From the IMG/VR virus record IMGVR_UViG_2740892439_000007, positions 1-30,004 of that record: a DNA stretch of 30,004 nt; one strand, given 5' to 3'. Below, piece by piece: positions 25,523 through 30,004 of this stretch. Origin of the DNA: a virus (taxonomy: Duplodnaviria; Heunggongvirae; Uroviricota; Caudoviricetes). Under the pieces are notes generated by a model, which did no database searches, was not told where the DNA came from, and worked only from the letters and a program-made list of their open reading frames with translations. Position 1 is the stretch's first letter. Each line of letters begins with the position of its first letter. Made by a program: the position numbers and the translations under genes.

Positions 25523-26777
25523 TGGCAATCCCGTCCTCGCTCAGTCTTGTGCAACTGCATTCTGGACAGATGAAAGTCTTCCAGTCTCCGCATCGATTTA
25601 AAGTTGTTTGTGCTGGTCGACGCTGGGGAAAATCCCGGTTGTCGATCTCCACTATTATTCGTGCGGCGGCAAAGGAAAAAAAGCAAAGGGTCTGGTATGT
25701 CGCTCCTACTTACCAGATGGCTCGCCAGATTTTGTGGGACGATCTACAGGAAGTTCTGCCTCGTAAGTGGGTTAGGAAAAAGAACGACACCACGATGACA
25801 ATCGTGTTGAAGAACGGTTCGGAGATCGCCCTCAAAGGTGCTGATAAGCCTGACACTCTGCGCGGCGTAGCGTTGCATTTTGTAGTGCTTGATGAATTTC
25901 AGGATATGAAGCTGACACCTGGTACAAGGTGTTACGACCTACTCTTTCATCGACACGCGGCGGTGCACTGATCATTGGTACGCCAAAAGGCTTCTCGGAA
26001 TTTCACAAACTGTGGACTATAGGCCAGAACGTAGAGTTGCAAAGAAAGGGACAGTGGAAGAGCTGGCAGTTTGTAACTGCCGATTCTCCGTTTGTACCTA
26101 CGGCGGAAATTGAAGCTGCTAAGAACGATATGGACCCCAAATCGTTCGCTCAGGAGTACCTGGCCAGCTTTGAGAACATGTCCGGGCGCGTTTACTACCC
26201 GTTCGATCGTAACGTGCATGTAAAACCGCTTCAGTTCAACCCTCGGTTGCCTATATGGGTAGGGCAGGACTTCAACATTGACCCGATGTCTTCAGTAATT
26301 TTGCAACCTCAGCCAAATGGTGAGCTATGGGCAATTGATGAATTGGTGCTCTTTTCCTCTAACACGGCAGAAGTTTGTGATGAGCTTGAGAGACGCTTCT
26401 GGCGCTGGAAATCACAGGTAACGGTATTTCCAGATCCGGCAGGTGCTTATCGCCAACATGCTCGTGGGGAGTCTGACGTAGACATATTCAAAGAGAAGGG
26501 ATTCTTACGTGTCGATTATTCGAAAAAGCACCCGCCAATTGCGGATCGTGTTAATGCTGTTAACCGAATGCTGATGTCCGCATCTGGAGATATCCGGCTG
26601 TATATCGATCCGAAGTGCAAGCATTTGATTGATTCACTGGAAAAAGTTATCTACAAGCCTGGAACACGAGATATGGATAAGACAGGTGGCATTGAGCATA
26701 GTGCAGACGCATTGGGCTATCCAGTACATCGTAGGTATCCAGTCAAAAACCGTGTTATTCTTGGTGGTTCTCGATAG
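25522..26777 (+). pseudogene. Terminase large subunit interrupted by a -1 frameshift
   Basis: Walker A (VVCAGRRWGKS) and Walker B (HFVVLDEF) in the first ORF; the second ORF's frame is open from 25896 and encodes the nuclease half. Confidence 0.8.
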
Positions 26778-26803
26778 GTAAGTAATTATCTAAGGTTATT
26801 CAA

Positions 26804-28377
26804 ATGGAATTGAACGACAAACAAATTAAGGATCTGGTGGCGCGACGCCACCCGGAATACGAAAAGAAAAAAGAACATTGGGACTTCCTCGCCAGCACTT
26901 ACGCTGGCGGGCGTGGTTGGTTTACAGACAATATCTTTCGTTACTTTAAAGAGGGAGATCAGGAGTTTAAGGAGCGTGTTGAGCGTGCCTATCGCTTCAA
27001 CCACACTCGTGAGGTGGTAAACCTCATCAACAAATATCTCTTTAAAGAAGACATTAATAGAAATATCGAAGAGGCACCAGAGCAGATCCGCAATTTCTGG
27101 AAACGTGCGACTCGCCAGAATGCCTCTATTGACTCATTTATGGCCGCCATTGATTTGCAATCGTCAATCTACGGCCGTATCTGGGTTGTTGTTGATAGCA
27201 CAATGAGTGGTGATGTTGAGTCAGTAGCTGACGAGAAAAAGAAAGATGCTCGTGCCTACGCCTACTGGATTTCACCTCAGCAAATGCTGGATGTGGCATG
27301 GGACGACGACGGGAATATGTTATGGGCGTTAATTGTGGAAGTCGCTCGCGATGACGCAGATCCTTTTACTTCTACAGGTCAGGAATACCAACGTTATCGT
27401 CTGTGGACACAAAACGAGTGGTATCTGTTCCGTGAGGAAGTGAAGAAGGGGGCTGGTGGAGCAGGTCGTCGTCAGGCAAAAGTTATTTTAGAGGACAGCG
27501 GCGCGCATAATCTCGGCGTAGTTCCTGTGTTTCCTGTTGATTGTATTGGAGAAAGTGAATCACCGTATTTCAGCCCATCGTTGATCGATGATATCGCTTA
27601 TCTTGATCGTGCGGTTGCAAACTATCTGTCAAACCTTGATGCCATTATTCAGGATCAGACATTTAGCCAGTTGGCTATACCGGTACAGTCGCTTTTACCT
27701 GGTGATGAAAACCACACTAAAGTGCTTGAAATGGGCACAAAGCGAGTCTTCACCTACGATTCTGAAGGTGGAAACCAGCCGTTTTATCTGTCACCAGACC
27801 CGAAACAAGCTCAGATGATCATCACTACGATTAAGACGGTGATTAACGAAATCTACCATTCAGTTGGTGTAGCTGGTGAGCGAACGAAGCAGGACAACGC
27901 ACAGGGAATCGATAATTCATCTGGTGCCGCAAAAATGTATGACTTCCAGCGTGTAAATAGCTTGCTTGTCACAAAAGCAGAGCGTCTGGAAAGGCTGAAC
28001 GCCAAATCATGCTACTGGTTGCGAAATGGATGGGGGTAGATCTGGACGAAGACCACTCTTTAATTGCGTATCCAGAAAGTTTCGATATTCGTGGCCTTAC
28101 AGATGAATTTTCTGTTGCCGAGAAACTGTCATTACTTCAGGCACCGGACTCTGTACGTCGTCACCAGATGGAAATGCTTATTGAGAAGATTTTCCCGAAC
28201 ATTACTGAGGCGATGAAAAAGGAATTTGATAAAGATCTCTTGAATTTTCCTCCAAAAAATGATCTAAATACCCTTGAAAATAAGTCAGTACTTACTTATG
28301 ATCGTGGTGCAGCCCAAGAAAGCGGGCAAGATCAACCCCGAGGGAATGGGGACTCATCTACTCAAGAGAACGAGTGA
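26804..28377 (+). pseudogene. Portal protein (T7 gp8-like head-tail connector family) interrupted by a -1 frameshift
   Basis: GESESPYFSPSLIDDIAYLDRAVAN resembles the T7 gp8 segment GESYGRSYIEEYLGDLRSLE as recalled; the frames switch near AAA at about 28003. Confidence 0.65.
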
Positions 28378-28398
28378 TAAGTAACAAAAGGAATTTTT

Positions 28399-29286
28399 AT
28401 GAATCTGTGGCAAATGCTTTTGGCCCGTCGTGGTCTGATGGATGTCGCTGAAGCGCATGAGCGTGGAGGCGCTGGCGGTGTAGCTGCTGATAATGAGCAG
28501 AGTACACAAGATCCTGACAAACAGGGTGAACAAAAAGAGCAGCCGAAGGGCGATGACGAATACGCTGGCATGACTCAGGAAGAGTTACTGGCCGAACTTC
28601 GTAAAACCAAGAAAGCTGGTGCTGAACTGCTGAAGGAGAACATGAAGCGCAAAGAGAAAGAGCGCACATTGGCCGATCAGCTTGCTCAGTACGGTGATAT
28701 CGATCCGGCTCGTGCTCGCCAGCTTTTAGAAGCTGAACAGGCCGCAGAAAACGCACGTCGTGAGGCGGAGCAAGCTGAACTGGAGCGTCGTGGTGAGTTC
28801 GATGCTGTTAAAAAACAGATGATCGAAGCACACCAGGCAGAGCTGGCACAGCGTGACGAACGTTATGCAGCACTGGAAAGTGAAAACGCATCACTGAAAT
28901 CTCAATTAGTCGAGATGACCGTGGGCGCTTCCTTCAGTAACTCTCTCTTCCTACGTGACAAAGTTCTGATGACCCCGGCAAAAGCCCGCGTGATCTACGG
29001 TTCTCATTTTGAAGTGGGTGAAGACGGTAGCGTAGTGGGTTATGACAAACCGGCAGGTCACAAAGAACGAGCTGTTCTGGTTGACGGTGAAGGTAAGCCG
29101 TTGCCGTTTGAATCCGCGATTGAACGCATTGTGCGGGCAGATCCGGAAGCTGACGCATTGATGCGTAGCGAAGCCAAGCAGGGTGTAGGCTCACATTCCA
29201 AATCGACCTACACAATATCCCGACCGAAGAACAAGTCGACTATGGATAAGTTGGCCTCCGGTCTGGGGAAAATTGGACTTAAGTAA
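28399..29286 (+). CDS. Scaffolding protein candidate (295 aa)
   Basis: Position between portal and capsid; acidic, Ala/Glu-rich coiled-coil-like composition. Confidence 0.55.
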   Translation: MNLWQMLLARRGLMDVAEAHERGGAGGVAADNEQSTQDPDKQGEQKEQPKGDDEYAGMTQEELLAELRKTKKAGAELLKENMKRKEKERTLADQLAQYGDIDPARARQLLEAEQAAENARREAEQAELERRGEFDAVKKQMIEAHQAELAQRDERYAALESENASLKSQLVEMTVGASFSNSLFLRDKVLMTPAKARVIYGSHFEVGEDGSVVGYDKPAGHKERAVLVDGEGKPLPFESAIERIVRADPEADALMRSEAKQGVGSHSKSTYTISRPKNKSTMDKLASGLGKIGLK

Positions 29287-29311
29287 CATCTAAATCAAAG
29301 GGAATTGATAG

Positions 29312-30004
29312 ATGCCATTACTGCGTGAAGAAGCTGAAAAGCTGTCTAACAACGAACTCGAACAGGGTGTGATCGAAACCATCATTGATCGCGATGACCT
29401 GTTTGCCATCCTGCCTTTCATGAAGATCAATTCGAAGGCATATCTTTATAACCGCGAAAAAACCCTGAGCGAAGCTACTTTCATTGATGTGAACGACACC
29501 ATCACCGAAGGTGCAGCAACCTTCGAAGAGAAAGTTGCGAAGCTGCGCATTCTGGCTGGCGACGTTGACGTCGACAAATTCCTGGCTACCACTATGGCTG
29601 ATACCAACAACCAGCTGGCTATCCAGGTTCGTCAGAAAGTCAAAGGTCTGGCTCGTGCCTTCCGTCGCAATCTGATTGTTGGCGACTCCACCACTAACAA
29701 CAAAGCCTTCGACGGTATTCCGAAGCTGATGCATGACGATCAGAAGATCGACATCTCCGGCGCATCCATGACTTTCTCTATGTTCGACGAACTGGTCGAC
29801 GCAGTTAAAGATCTGGGCGCAGACTGCATCATGATGCGTTCTGAGCATCTTCGCGCATATCGTGCGCTGCTGCGAACTGTAAACGTAGGCCCGTCCGAAA
29901 TCATGATGGAAAACTTCGGTCGACCAATGCTGTGCCATAACGGCGTTCCGTTTATCGTAAACGACTTCATTCCGGTTGCGGACTCCACCAAAGCGGATAT
30001 CTAC
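29312..30004 (+). CDS. Major capsid protein candidate, 3'-truncated by the window edge
   Basis: Open frame of 231 codons with aggga RBS, missing from the supplied track because it has no stop in the window; the minus-strand track ORFs here are antisense. Confidence 0.6.
   Translation, partial: MPLLREEAEKLSNNELEQGVIETIIDRDDLFAILPFMKINSKAYLYNREKTLSEATFIDVNDTITEGAATFEEKVAKLRILAGDVDVDKFLATTMADTNNQLAIQVRQKVKGLARAFRRNLIVGDSTTNNKAFDGIPKLMHDDQKIDISGASMTFSMFDELVDAVKDLGADCIMMRSEHLRAYRALLRTVNVGPSEIMMENFGRPMLCHNGVPFIVNDFIPVADSTKADIY

Larger units (their letters stand above)
10698..30004. mobile_element. Phage-like element, right flank (early cassettes, repeat-rich noncoding regions, replication, ParB operon, late module); continues beyond the window
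   Basis: TerS-TerL-portal-scaffold-capsid order, operator regulon, iterons; no integrase or att site seen. Confidence 0.7.

Noticed and set aside
29318-29991. Minus-strand ORFs 29318-29938 and 29740-29991
   Set aside because: They are antisense to the capsid-like plus-strand frame that runs to the window edge; the plus frame has an RBS and sits in the expected late-module position.
24890-30004. Assignment to T7-like phages
   Set aside because: The portal resembles T7 gp8, but the terminase genes directly precede the portal, which is not the T7 gene order, and no phage RNA polymerase was seen. The family is left unassigned.
1-30004. tRNA gene, integrase or att site marking an integration junction
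   Set aside because: No tRNA-like T-loop sequence and no recombinase motifs were recognised by eye. The integration mechanism cannot be stated from this window.

Overview
This window reads as a phage-like (prophage or phage-derived) element that flanks two host core genes on both sides. The host genes are an intact apbC/mrp (minus strand, 7360-8460) and metG (plus strand, 8618-10651), both close to the Escherichia coli proteins as recalled from memory. Left flank (1-7358): a cassette array of small genes, a 561-aa NPPY-motif methyltransferase with a long N-terminal domain, a tightly coupled operon (2735-6188), and a LexA-box-controlled, pre-processed UmuD'-like gene abutting mrp. Right flank (10700-30004): early-type gene cassettes, two long noncoding regions full of repeats, a minus-strand block containing an SF2 helicase and an apparently AT-rich two-gene cassette (signal-peptide protein plus tandem Rof-like protein), a ParB-ParB-ATPase-GNAT-wHTH operon, and a late module (TerS, TerL, portal, scaffold, major capsid, running off the window). 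Both flanks share a 13-bp palindromic operator (AAACAA-N-TTGTTT, at least 12 copies) usually paired with an extended -10 promoter, and share GGGAAACGGC-type iterons. Four right-flank genes (helicase, ATPase, TerL, portal) each carry a -1 frameshift. No tRNA, CRISPR array or integrase was recognised. All assignments rest on reading the sequence and remembered motifs; no database search or computation was run.
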